Positions 50,139 through 60,624 of a DNA stretch of 64,000 nucleotides are shown here, piece by piece. Both the position numbers and the translations under genes were made by a program. The notes below the pieces were generated by a model that saw only the letters and a program-made list of their open reading frames with translations, was not told where the DNA came from and ran no database searches. This DNA comes from a virus: positions 64,001 to 128,000 of IMG/VR virus record IMGVR_UViG_3300030102_006951; one strand, given 5' to 3'. The stretch's first letter is position 1. Each line of letters opens with the position of its first letter.

Positions 50139-51815
50139 ATGGGTTTTAAGACAAAATTAGATTATTCAGATAATAGACAAATAAGACAAACAGAGAAAAC
50201 CTCTACCACTCTATCTGGTGCAACAGTGTTTGGTATACCATTTAGTGGGTTAACAACTGGACCCGATTTATCAGCTACTGGTGATACTAGTGAATTTAGT
50301 TTAGTTATCAGTACATTTAGTGGTAATAATACAACTACAAATTTTACTTGGTTTGACCCTAGTATGGATATTGTCAACCCAACCGTTTCGGCTATAACTC
50401 CAGTTACTAGTGGTGTTACGCAAGAAATTGTACCCGTTTTTGGCCCTTCTACCACTGCGACCACGGTTGATGGGTATGATGTGGTTTTATCTTACAGTGG
50501 AGTTGGTTTTGATTTAACAGTTACTAATATAATTAGCGGTGCTGGACCAACTTATATTGGTACTGTTGTTCATAACTTAGTAACATTTTATAGTGCTGCA
50601 ACATTAGATTTCCTGGGTAGACCTATTTGGGTTGACAATCCAGAAATAACAAGAACTAATAGGCTTATAGTCAAAAACAATCCGACCATTGGTTATGTTT
50701 TAACTTGTGATACGGCTGAAGGGGAGGCTGTGTGGGGTCCTGTATCTGGTACATCGTCTTCTGGTGTAACATTCTGGGAGGAAGGTGGTACTGGTAATAC
50801 AGCAATTAAAGACAATAAAGGTACTCATACGATTAATGGTACTTCAAACAACTCCATGATAACTGGTGGGCTTAACAATATGGTTAAAACTTCATTAGGT
50901 ACTGGAATTTTAAGTGGTAGGGGAAATTCAATAGAGGATTTGGCTAATTATTCTACCATTATTGGTGGTTTAGATAATAAAATTGAAAATTCTCAAAGGT
51001 CATCAATTATAGGTGGTAATCAAAATATATTGATTGGAGCTTCTAACTCCACTATTTTAGGTGGTGAAGATATTACTGGAACATCTAATAATACCGTTTA
51101 TGTGGATAATTTAGATATTAAAAATGATTTAGTAATTAATAATTTAGGTTCTGGCCCAGGTACTACAGATTTAGGTGTTGACGCAACTGGCGTTGTTGTG
51201 GACCAAGCATCAGATATAAATTTAAAAGAAAATATTAATACAATAGAAAACGCATTAGACAAGGTTTTAAGCTTGAGAGGTGTGACATACAACTGGAAAG
51301 ATAGACAAAGGGGTGGTAACGACTTAAGAATGGGATTTATTGCTCAAGAAGTTGATGATGTCGAACCCAATTTATCTTATATGGGAACTTCTGGTTTTAT
51401 GGGTGTACATTACAAAGATTTTCCAGCGCTTATTGTTGAAGCAATAAAAGAATTAGTTAATAATAAAAAAATAACTTTTAATAAAGAGGAGTTAATTTTT
51501 GAGACTCAAACAATAGCTTCGGAAGATAATAATATAGAGTTAAATTATAATGGTACTCATGAGTCATCTATTGATGGTGGTATTACTGTAGTTAAGGGAA
51601 TTGATGAAGATAATGATTCCACATTCGTAGTTGATTCTGTGGGTGATTGGATTACAAATACACACTTAAAACCAAGTGGTTTAGTTATTCCAGAATATAC
51701 GCCAACATCGACTGAAGATTTAAACGGTAAGGTTGGTGAAATAAAGTGGGATGACAAATACTTATATGTAAAGACCAATAATGGTTGGAAAAGGTCTGGA
51801 CTTGAAACATTTTAG
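50139..51815 (+). CDS. tail fibre/spike protein with a peptidase S74 intramolecular chaperone domain
   Basis: SxIIGGxxN solenoid repeats; ASDINLKENI..ALDKV..LRGVTYNW..GFIAQEV..Y..LIVEAIKEL. Confidence 0.85.
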   Translation: MGFKTKLDYSDNRQIRQTEKTSTTLSGATVFGIPFSGLTTGPDLSATGDTSEFSLVISTFSGNNTTTNFTWFDPSMDIVNPTVSAITPVTSGVTQEIVPVFGPSTTATTVDGYDVVLSYSGVGFDLTVTNIISGAGPTYIGTVVHNLVTFYSAATLDFLGRPIWVDNPEITRTNRLIVKNNPTIGYVLTCDTAEGEAVWGPVSGTSSSGVTFWEEGGTGNTAIKDNKGTHTINGTSNNSMITGGLNNMVKTSLGTGILSGRGNSIEDLANYSTIIGGLDNKIENSQRSSIIGGNQNILIGASNSTILGGEDITGTSNNTVYVDNLDIKNDLVINNLGSGPGTTDLGVDATGVVVDQASDINLKENINTIENALDKVLSLRGVTYNWKDRQRGGNDLRMGFIAQEVDDVEPNLSYMGTSGFMGVHYKDFPALIVEAIKELVNNKKITFNKEELIFETQTIASEDNNIELNYNGTHESSIDGGITVVKGIDEDNDSTFVVDSVGDWITNTHLKPSGLVIPEYTPTSTEDLNGKVGEIKWDDKYLYVKTNNGWKRSGLETF

Positions 51816-51817
51816 TA

Positions 51818-53533
51818 ATGAGTAATTTAAAAAATTATAATTTTAATAAGATTGATACTTACTTAAGTGAAAGTGAGTACTATGATTTTTATTTAGCTCA
51901 AGATGAGATAGCCTCACCATGCGTTTGTGATGATTCAATCAATAACGAATGCTTAGTTGTGCACTACGACTTTAACAACCCTAATATATATTCAACTGGT
52001 ATTACTTCAGCTAATACAATATATAGTTTATCTACTTGGTCTGAAGCTTTTAACACTGGTCACACGTTTGAAACATTCGGTTTAACTGGAATTGACAACG
52101 GGTATATTGAATATATTAAAGAAATTGGTGATAATAAAAATACTGGGTTAACTAAAACTATTACTGGTACAACAACTGTAATACCTTCTGGAGATACAAG
52201 ATTAACATTAAATATAGTTAGTGGATATACTGGTCAATATATTTACCCAACTGAAATAATAGAAGACTATGGTGTGTTAGGTGATTACCTTTCACTTTGT
52301 GGTGGATTTTATCAAGGTTATTATAAACTAGATGGTTATTCATATGAGGTATTACCTACGAGGGTTCCAGAGGCTTGGGTTGCCGATTTTTGGTTAAATA
52401 AAACAGAGGCTTTATGTTCTTCAGTTACTGGAACTACATTAAATGATAAGTATCCAAATAATAAAGGGTTTTTCTTTTATATGGGTACTAGGGCTGAAAA
52501 CAAGTATTGGAATGTTTTTAGTGGTAATAGTAGTGGTTGTGTAAGTGGTTGTACATCAGGTACTGGTTGTACTGGAACGGTTGAAACCTTTTGTACAGTG
52601 CCTAAGGAAACAGACGTTTCTTTTGTTGGTAGTGAGGGGTTTCCAATTAATTTATCTCCACCACCTTTAGAGATAGACGAAATAAGAAATCAGTTCTTAA
52701 TATATGGTTACGCAGATGAAAATAAGTGTCATAAGTGTGGTTCTTCAATGGATGGTTATGCTACTAGAAGGGTTTGTGAATTTAGTGGTGATTCAATAAC
52801 TGTGACTGCTTATACTCAAGAGGTTACTAATTATCAGAACCCGTTTTTGGTGTATGGTCAGGCTGGTAGTAATGCCAGATGTGGTAAATGTGGTCATATA
52901 AATACAGATTATGGAGACAAGACTGTTTGTGATTTTAGTGGTTTTACTTCAGACTTACTGGAATTAGATAAAGATAACGATATTGTGGATAATGCTATAG
53001 GTTTCAGAGTTAAAGATGATGGTAGTATAGGTTATAGGTATTTATCTTTAACTGGTAAATGTGATGGTGATGATTATATTAGCGGTGTAACCGTAAATGA
53101 AGAATATTCATTACCAGGAGTTGTTAAAGATGACGAATGGACTAATATAACAATAAGATTTACTATGCCAGAATATGATGAGTGTGATTTAAAACACGGT
53201 GATAGAAGAAAAGGTAAGTTAATGTTTTATATTAATTCAAAATTAAAATTTGTTTCAGATGAAGTCGATGAGTTCATAGCTAAAAGACTTTATGAATATA
53301 AAGATAAACAGTTAGGTGTTCCGTTTAATATTAGTTTGGGTGGCGGTTCACAAGGCTTATTAGAGTCAATGACTTTTGACGGTCAAGACCCAGATGATTT
53401 ATCACTTATAATAGAAAATAATTTTGCTGGAACATTCATTGGAAATGTTTCTCAATTTAAATTTTTTACTTGTAATGTGAATTGGTGTGAAATTACACAT
53501 ATTTATAATAAAAATAAAGTTAGATATAATTAA
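51818..53533 (+). CDS. virion protein, Cys-rich, with a LamG/ConA-like C-terminal region
   Basis: WTNITIRF..LMFYINSKL..ISLGGG..FIGNVSQFKF; two CxxCG repeats. Confidence 0.6.
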   Translation: MSNLKNYNFNKIDTYLSESEYYDFYLAQDEIASPCVCDDSINNECLVVHYDFNNPNIYSTGITSANTIYSLSTWSEAFNTGHTFETFGLTGIDNGYIEYIKEIGDNKNTGLTKTITGTTTVIPSGDTRLTLNIVSGYTGQYIYPTEIIEDYGVLGDYLSLCGGFYQGYYKLDGYSYEVLPTRVPEAWVADFWLNKTEALCSSVTGTTLNDKYPNNKGFFFYMGTRAENKYWNVFSGNSSGCVSGCTSGTGCTGTVETFCTVPKETDVSFVGSEGFPINLSPPPLEIDEIRNQFLIYGYADENKCHKCGSSMDGYATRRVCEFSGDSITVTAYTQEVTNYQNPFLVYGQAGSNARCGKCGHINTDYGDKTVCDFSGFTSDLLELDKDNDIVDNAIGFRVKDDGSIGYRYLSLTGKCDGDDYISGVTVNEEYSLPGVVKDDEWTNITIRFTMPEYDECDLKHGDRRKGKLMFYINSKLKFVSDEVDEFIAKRLYEYKDKQLGVPFNISLGGGSQGLLESMTFDGQDPDDLSLIIENNFAGTFIGNVSQFKFFTCNVNWCEITHIYNKNKVRYN

Positions 53534-53542
53534 ACAAAAAAA

Positions 53543-56500
53543 ATGGCAAATAATAGGTTAATACTTAGAAAGATGGTTAGTCCATGGGTTACAGACGCTG
53601 TGGATATAACAAGAAATACAACATTAACACATGTTGAACTGGATAGTAATTTTATTTACTTAAAGGGTGAGGTGATAGAATCAGCATCTTTAGATGGTGG
53701 TAAATTATCTTTAGGTAAAATTAATGGTGGCTCCATAGAAGTTGATATGGGTTCATTATCTGGTGATACAGCACACACCGTTAATTTATTGAATGAATTA
53801 AAAAATGAATTAGAGGCTAATGTTCTTTGGGAGGCTGGTTCTTCTGGAAGAAAATCAATTAGACGTAAAAATGATACTCAAATTGATTCAAGAGGTAGTT
53901 ATTCTCTTTCTGAGGGTAAAAATACTTTAGCTAGTGGTGACGCTTCACACGCTGAAGGTGACGGAACTGTAGCTAGTGGTAAGGCTTCACATTCTGAAGG
54001 TACTAATACTGAGGCTAGTGGAGGTAATTCACACGCTGAAGGTTTTAGTAATGTTGCTAGTGGTAACAATTCACACGCTGAAGGTTCAGATAACGTAGCT
54101 AGTGGTAACAATTCACACGCTGAAGGTTCAGATAACGTAGCTAGTGGAGTCGCTTCACATGCTGAGGGTACTGGTAGTGTTGCTTCTGGTAATGCTTCAC
54201 ATGCTGAAGGTTCTGAGACTGTGGCTAGTGGAGTCGCTTCACATGCTGGAGGCTCTGTAAGCGAGGCTAATGGTGATGTTTCTTTTGTACATTCTAATAA
54301 TTCAAATTCAGATGGTAAAAGAAGTGCTATTTTAGGTGGTGATGATAATTTTGTTGAATCTGGAGGTCAAAACTCTGGTGTGTATGTCGGCTTAAGTAAT
54401 AGAGTTTTAGGTGTTAATTATGAAGATATTGTTAATAAACTAAAAGTTGAATTAGATAATTCAATTTCTAATAGGGCAAATGATAAAAAAGTATTTGATG
54501 ACGCTAAAGAAACTCTTGAAATAAAAATTGAACACGCTGATAAAAATATAAAGTTAAATGCATTGGATATTGAAGCTTACAAAGCTGATATTTCTGAAAT
54601 AGATGCGGAAATTGGTAAATTGGATGAAAACTCCAAAGAGGCTTTAGCATTACAAGACTTAAGAGATAAAAAAGAATCTGAATTAAAAATGAAGGAAGAA
54701 GAGAATGCCACTCTTTTAATTGAAAAAGAAAATTCAGAAAAAGAATTAAAAAAATTAATTGAAGATGAAAATGATGCTGTTAAGCTATTTGAACAAACAT
54801 CTTTAAAATTACAAGCTGAAATAAAATACAATGAAACTCTTTTAGAAACTGAAGATAATCATCCACCAGTTAATTCAGCTATTATAGCTGGTAAAGACAA
54901 TATGATTGATAGTTCTTCTGACTCAATTGTTGGCGCTGGTAGTGATAACGTACTAAAAACTGAAGTTAAAAATTCGGGGATATTTGCTGGTTCAGAAAAT
55001 GAGATAAGTGGTGATGAATATTCAAAATTAATTAAACAATTAAAATATGAATTGTCAGTGGCAAATGAAACTCATGATTATAAAACTTCAATATTAAAGG
55101 AAGAAATTGATTCATTAAAAGAAGAAATAGCTTTTACTAAGTTTACTATTGATAACACTAAAAAAGAAATTGCTGAACTAACAAAGGAATGTGAAGGTGA
55201 AGGCACTAATAATGGTGGTCTGGCCTTATTACAAGAAGATGAGAGTGCGTGTGAAAAGTTGAAGATAGCTAACGCTAATTTAGAAAAATTATCGAAAAAA
55301 TTAGAAGATTTAAATGAAACGCTAAAATCATTAGAAGATGAACTTTCTACCATAAATGAAAAACATGCGTCTTATCAGAAATTTATTACAGAAAAAATAG
55401 CTGAATTATCCGCTATATGTTCTGATGATAAAAACGCACCTGTAGATAACTCTGCAATTATTGCTGGGGCTAATAATCAAATTACTTTATTAAGTGATAA
55501 CTCTGCTATTGTTGGTGGTCAAGGAAATAGGATAATGAATTTATCAAATACGGTAATACTTGGTGGTGGAGATATTACTGCGAGAAAAGATAATACCGTG
55601 TATACACCTAGCCTTAATATTAAAGCTAATCTTGATAGAGATAATTCTTTAACTCAAGTATTAGTTAGGGATGCTGATGGTTATATTAAGTATAAAGATG
55701 TTAGTTCGTTTACAGATTTAAATGTTGTTAGTGGTTCTTATGACCCAGAAACTGGAACTGTAACTATGACTAATAATGAAGGTGATACATTTGAGATAAC
55801 TGGTTTCGCAAAAGAATTAACTGATAGCTACACTACAAATGCATATATAGAAGGTTCTACAATGTATTTTGATAATAACGTCAAAGGTGAAAAATTTTAT
55901 AGCGTTGATATAAGTAGTTTAATAGCTGAAGATGAAAAGGGTGATTGTGCTGAAGATAAATGGAAAGAATATAATGACCAAGCCGACTTATATTCAGAGT
56001 ATCTTAAACTAAAATTAATTAGTGATGAGATTAAAGAAGACATAGATGATAAAGAAGCTGAGCTAAAAAAATTACAAGGTCATCATTGTTCAACTCCTGG
56101 TTATATAATAGAAAGTCTTAATATATTAGGTGATATTGTTTCCATAGATGGATTTGCAGATAAATACCAAGACCTTAAAAATTTATCTAAACAAGAGGGT
56201 GATGGTAATATTATGCATGCTATTAACTCATTAATTAACTATCTTGGTGATTTAGATTTAGAAGGTTTAGGTGATGAAGATAAAAAAACTATTGAATCGT
56301 TTATATCGGCTAATAAAGAGCGTTTAGCAGCAATGCTTGGATATAATTCAGAATTATATGATTTGTATATTGAATTATATGGTAGATATCAAGCTGGTGA
56401 AATTATCAATTGGGATAATGATAAGAATAAATTACAGGTAGAGCTTTTCAATCTAAGAGATACTATAAATCAAATTATTAATGATTTGAATGGTCTTACA

Positions 56501-59500
56501 AATATATTAACTCCATCAGATGTAGATGCTATACAGGTGTATATTGATGAGTTAATTGATTCTGGCATGCCAGAAGACCCAGCATTAATTAAACAAATTA
56601 AGGAATTAATAAGTCTATTAGACGGATTAAATAAGTTGTTAAAAGATAATGAAGATAATCTAAATAAGTTCATTGAAGAGCATAACTTTTTTGATATAGT
56701 AAGTTTTGGAGCTTATATGCCAATTAATGACACTAACTTTGATTGTTGGGCTTTAAGTCAATTAGAAGACAGGATTGAAGAGTGTTGTACTGGTGGAGAA
56801 GAAGAAGTAAGGGGTAAATGTTCTGAAGCCCTTTATGCACAATATCAAAAACAAGCTTCTGAATATAGTAAAATTAAAGCTAGTTACGATACTTTATTAG
56901 CTACTCAATTAGAATTAAAAGAATCTATTTCTTTAGGTAAATTAGAGTTAGAAGGGTTGATGACCCAAATTAGTGATACTCAAGAGCAAATAATTACACT
57001 TGAAAAAGAGTGTGAAGCTTTTAGTAATCCTTCTGGACTAGCCTTATTGGAAGACCCACAAATTAACCCGTGTGAAGAGCTGGGTAAAACAAAAACACTT
57101 TTATTGAATTTACAATCACAATTAAAAGAACTCGCTGCTGATATTAAAGAAAAAGAAAAATCTTTAGGTGAAATCGAAATTCAAATGGGGGCTATAGAAG
57201 AATCAGAAATATTAGAATTTGAAGTTTATATGCCAGTTAATGAAGTTAATTTTGATTGTTGGACTGAGAATGAGTTAAAAATAGATTTAGAGACTCAAAT
57301 AACTAAAATTCTAGAAACAATTGGTTACGATTCTAGAGGTGAGTGTTCTGATGAACATTACAATGAATATAAAAAGTTAGTTAGTGAATTAATCAAATCA
57401 AATGAGGTTATTGAAACTAAACGTAAAGAATTAGCTGAGAATAATTTAATAAAAACAGAACTTGAAAAAGAGATTGATGACCTTGAGAAAGCGTGTGCCG
57501 AATTCAAAGCAAGCCAAGCCGATAAAAAGGCATTAAGTTTATTAGACCACGCGGAGTTTGAAAATAATCCTTGTAATACGCTTATGGGTAAAATAGAAAT
57601 TTTGGATTCTATAAATAAACAGATAGAAGACCAAATTAATTTTATTGATGCTTGGGAATCGTCTAGTGATTATGACTTATTTAACAGATACGCACCAATT
57701 AATGAGGTTAACTTTATTTGTTGGAGGATTGACCAATGTTGTAGTGAGGAAGAAGAAAAGGGCCCATGTGCTACTGAAAAATGGAAAGAATACACATCCT
57801 TAGGTGAACAGTATCTAGAATATGAGAAAATACAGTCTCAAATTGATGTTATTGATAAACAAATATCAGATAAAGAATCTGAAATTGATTCGTTATTAGA
57901 AAATCTTGGTTATATACCAAAAAGTCAGGCTATGTTGTCCCCAGCTAATATTATTTTTGCTGGTGATGATGATGATGATGGTAAGTCTTTAAAATTATTA
58001 TTAGAAGAGGATTTTAATCCTTTAAAATTATTATTATTAGAAAAAGATGGTGATGATGATAAATTAACTGGAAGTATTCGTTTTCGTGATTGGTGGTGTT
58101 GTAGAATTCAGAAAAACCCAGCTTGCTGTTATTTATTTGGTAAAAAATTATTTGGTAAACTTCAAAATATAGGTGGAGTTGGTATTGAGCCAGATGATAA
58201 TATTTTTGGTGCTGTTAAAGGATTGAAGGCTGAAATTGATAGTTTAAATAAAACCTCAGCAAGTGGTGACGGTCAAGTAAATATTCCAACTGAATTTTCG
58301 AATATGTTAATTGAGTTGACAAAAATGGAAGAACAAACTGTAGCTTTGAATAGTCAATATTTTAATAGTATTAAAATATTTGAGGAAGAGGGTGATGCTA
58401 AGTCGGCTTATACAAATCCTAAAATAAGTGGTTACCTTACAGATTTAGATAAAGGTTCGAAAGAATTACAAACTCAATTGGATTCACTGCCTGATGGTTC
58501 GGATACTAATGGTCAGTTACAAAAACTTATCAACGACTTAAGTCGCAAAGAAACTGAATTTGATTCACAATTAACATCATTAATTAATGATTTAGATGAT
58601 TTAATTAAACTAAGGGACGTCTTAATTGAGTCATTAGCCACTTTAGGTGATGTATCAGGTTTTGGAGCTTATATGCCAATTAATGACACTAACTTTGATT
58701 GTTGGGCTTTAAGTCAATTAGAAGACAGGATTGAAGAGTGTTGTGCTGAAGACGTAAAAGGTGAATGTGCTAGTGAAAAATATGCTAGCTATAAAAAACA
58801 AGCTCTTGAATATGAAGAACGTCAACAAGAAAATTTAGTTAGAGAGACTGAATTAAATAAAATTAATAATGAAATATCGGATAAAGAGAATCAATTAGCT
58901 GCATTAAAGGCAGAACTATTGAACTGTGAAAGTCAGGGTGCTGCGTTGGCATTATTGGAAGACCAAGACCCTTGTGATTTTTTAAAAGGCCAAATTGCTA
59001 AGTTGGAGGCTGAAATTAAAGCCCTTAAAGCCTCAGCGAAAAGCATTAGTGATGAAATTAAGGAATATAATGATTCGGGAGCTGAAGAATGGCTTAATAG
59101 GTTTATGCCAATTAATGAAGTTAATTTTGATTGTTGGACTGAGAATGAGTTAAAAATAAATTTAGAGGCTCAAATAACTAAAATTGTAGAAACAATTGGT
59201 TACGGTGATAGAGGTACTTGTTCTAGTGATAAATACAAGCTTTATCGAGATAAATTAAGCGATGCAGCTAATATTATTGAAAAACAGGGTATTATTGATG
59301 ATTGTAAAGATAATATTGTAAGCTGGGAATCGACCATTTCAGATTATGAAGCTTTAATTGCGAAACTTAGTTCGCAAATTCCTGTTGATGTTAGTCAGAT
59401 TGCAGTGTTAAAGTCTAATATTGATGAATTGAAAAAAGATATTAATTCATGTAAAGAAAACATCAATACAAACGAAAAGGAAATTAGAGGTTTACTTGAA

Positions 59501-60610
59501 AGTAGTGAATGGGCAGATATTACTGAAGTTAAAAGTTTCATATCAGCTTATGGTCCAGATAACGAAGTTAACTTTGATTGTTGGTCTGAGCAGCAGATTA
59601 TAGATAAGGTTGGTTATGAGAATAGAGGTGAGTGTTCTAATGAAGCTTATGCTACTTATTTGGATGAAGCTAGGGAAGCTGAAGAAGCTAACGCAGCTTA
59701 TGAAGCACAAAAAGCTGATTTAGAAAGAGCTGAAAATGAATTATCGGACAAACAGACTAGATTAGCTGAATTAAAGGCAAAACTAGTAGAGTTAGGCTGT
59801 AATGATGCTCAGAATAGTGATGGGTTGAAATTATTGCAAGAGCCAGACACTTGTGATGATATTATAGCTCAAATTCAGCTACTTGAGAATGAAATTAAGG
59901 CCGATAAAGAAAATATTAAGAGTTTAAATAATCAAATTAAGGAACATGAAGCTAGCGATGCTTATATTTTCAATGAAAGATACATGCCAGTTAATGAGGT
60001 TAACTTCATTTGTTGGGAAAACGACAACATTAAGGAACAATTAGATAGAGTTGAATCTAAAATAGATGAATGTTGTCAAACATCTATGGCATACGATTTT
60101 GAAAGCGCCTTAACTGAGCTTAGAGGTAAGGAAGGTAAGGGTGATGCTAATATAGTAGTTGGTAAATTCCCTAAAGTTTATGAAGCTTTTGAAGCTAACC
60201 CTAAATTTATTATGGGTGATTATGATGAACTTGTAGATATAAATAGTTCATTAGAGTCAAATAAAGATATTATAGTTTCGATGATTGGTAATGATGCCAA
60301 TTTAATTGAGAGTTTTAATAATACAAAAGTAGTTACTGAAACATTAATGGCTGAAGTTATAAAAACGAAAGATGAAACTATTAATGGACTTAATGGAAAA
60401 ATTGCTTTATATCAATCACAAATTAAAGCGTTAAAAGATTCAGGTGGAAAGTTAAATACTGATAATATAGAAGACCACGTTAAGTCTATAGAAGCTGAAA
60501 GAACCTCCAAAAATAAGTTATATGAATATATGACCACTAATTTACAAACGTTCAAAAGTGCTATTAGTGACATTTTAGATGCTTATGAGGCTACAAAAAA
60601 AGTAGGTTAA
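53543..60610 (+). CDS. giant (2355 aa) fibre-like protein: anchor, SHAEG repeats, solenoid with coiled-coil inserts, 7 Cys-bracketed coiled-coil cassettes
   Basis: N-terminus shared with 60625 and 63846; about 8 (A/N)SH(A/S)EG repeats; 7 x (K/R)GxC...PxNxxNFxCW. Confidence 0.8.
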   Translation: MANNRLILRKMVSPWVTDAVDITRNTTLTHVELDSNFIYLKGEVIESASLDGGKLSLGKINGGSIEVDMGSLSGDTAHTVNLLNELKNELEANVLWEAGSSGRKSIRRKNDTQIDSRGSYSLSEGKNTLASGDASHAEGDGTVASGKASHSEGTNTEASGGNSHAEGFSNVASGNNSHAEGSDNVASGNNSHAEGSDNVASGVASHAEGTGSVASGNASHAEGSETVASGVASHAGGSVSEANGDVSFVHSNNSNSDGKRSAILGGDDNFVESGGQNSGVYVGLSNRVLGVNYEDIVNKLKVELDNSISNRANDKKVFDDAKETLEIKIEHADKNIKLNALDIEAYKADISEIDAEIGKLDENSKEALALQDLRDKKESELKMKEEENATLLIEKENSEKELKKLIEDENDAVKLFEQTSLKLQAEIKYNETLLETEDNHPPVNSAIIAGKDNMIDSSSDSIVGAGSDNVLKTEVKNSGIFAGSENEISGDEYSKLIKQLKYELSVANETHDYKTSILKEEIDSLKEEIAFTKFTIDNTKKEIAELTKECEGEGTNNGGLALLQEDESACEKLKIANANLEKLSKKLEDLNETLKSLEDELSTINEKHASYQKFITEKIAELSAICSDDKNAPVDNSAIIAGANNQITLLSDNSAIVGGQGNRIMNLSNTVILGGGDITARKDNTVYTPSLNIKANLDRDNSLTQVLVRDADGYIKYKDVSSFTDLNVVSGSYDPETGTVTMTNNEGDTFEITGFAKELTDSYTTNAYIEGSTMYFDNNVKGEKFYSVDISSLIAEDEKGDCAEDKWKEYNDQADLYSEYLKLKLISDEIKEDIDDKEAELKKLQGHHCSTPGYIIESLNILGDIVSIDGFADKYQDLKNLSKQEGDGNIMHAINSLINYLGDLDLEGLGDEDKKTIESFISANKERLAAMLGYNSELYDLYIELYGRYQAGEIINWDNDKNKLQVELFNLRDTINQIINDLNGLTNILTPSDVDAIQVYIDELIDSGMPEDPALIKQIKELISLLDGLNKLLKDNEDNLNKFIEEHNFFDIVSFGAYMPINDTNFDCWALSQLEDRIEECCTGGEEEVRGKCSEALYAQYQKQASEYSKIKASYDTLLATQLELKESISLGKLELEGLMTQISDTQEQIITLEKECEAFSNPSGLALLEDPQINPCEELGKTKTLLLNLQSQLKELAADIKEKEKSLGEIEIQMGAIEESEILEFEVYMPVNEVNFDCWTENELKIDLETQITKILETIGYDSRGECSDEHYNEYKKLVSELIKSNEVIETKRKELAENNLIKTELEKEIDDLEKACAEFKASQADKKALSLLDHAEFENNPCNTLMGKIEILDSINKQIEDQINFIDAWESSSDYDLFNRYAPINEVNFICWRIDQCCSEEEEKGPCATEKWKEYTSLGEQYLEYEKIQSQIDVIDKQISDKESEIDSLLENLGYIPKSQAMLSPANIIFAGDDDDDGKSLKLLLEEDFNPLKLLLLEKDGDDDKLTGSIRFRDWWCCRIQKNPACCYLFGKKLFGKLQNIGGVGIEPDDNIFGAVKGLKAEIDSLNKTSASGDGQVNIPTEFSNMLIELTKMEEQTVALNSQYFNSIKIFEEEGDAKSAYTNPKISGYLTDLDKGSKELQTQLDSLPDGSDTNGQLQKLINDLSRKETEFDSQLTSLINDLDDLIKLRDVLIESLATLGDVSGFGAYMPINDTNFDCWALSQLEDRIEECCAEDVKGECASEKYASYKKQALEYEERQQENLVRETELNKINNEISDKENQLAALKAELLNCESQGAALALLEDQDPCDFLKGQIAKLEAEIKALKASAKSISDEIKEYNDSGAEEWLNRFMPINEVNFDCWTENELKINLEAQITKIVETIGYGDRGTCSSDKYKLYRDKLSDAANIIEKQGIIDDCKDNIVSWESTISDYEALIAKLSSQIPVDVSQIAVLKSNIDELKKDINSCKENINTNEKEIRGLLESSEWADITEVKSFISAYGPDNEVNFDCWSEQQIIDKVGYENRGECSNEAYATYLDEAREAEEANAAYEAQKADLERAENELSDKQTRLAELKAKLVELGCNDAQNSDGLKLLQEPDTCDDIIAQIQLLENEIKADKENIKSLNNQIKEHEASDAYIFNERYMPVNEVNFICWENDNIKEQLDRVESKIDECCQTSMAYDFESALTELRGKEGKGDANIVVGKFPKVYEAFEANPKFIMGDYDELVDINSSLESNKDIIVSMIGNDANLIESFNNTKVVTETLMAEVIKTKDETINGLNGKIALYQSQIKALKDSGGKLNTDNIEDHVKSIEAERTSKNKLYEYMTTNLQTFKSAISDILDAYEATKKVG
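53930..54250 (+). repeat. 42-bp/14-aa tandem repeats (SHAEG..VASG; YadA-head/Hep-Hag-like)
   Basis: Repeated GCTAGTGG..TCACA(C/T)GCTGAAGG; two copies are exact. Confidence 0.85.
56703..56788 (+). repeat. 86-bp perfect direct repeat, copy 1 (copy 2 at 58659-58744)
   Basis: Base-by-base comparison; encodes FGAYMPINDTNFDCWALSQLEDRIEECC. Confidence 0.9.
57230..57329 (+). repeat. 100-bp direct repeat, copy 1 (copy 2 at 59105-59204; 4 mismatches)
   Basis: Encodes MP(V/I)NEVNFDCWTENELKI(D/N)LE(T/A)QITKI(L/V)ETIGY. Confidence 0.88.
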
Positions 60611-60624
60611 ATAGAATTATTTAA

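Noticed and set aside
57230-59204. Diversity-generating retroelement TR/VR pair
   Set aside because: Mismatches are not confined to adenines of one copy (G/A, G/A, A/G, C/G), both copies lie mid-gene, and no reverse transcriptase is visible.
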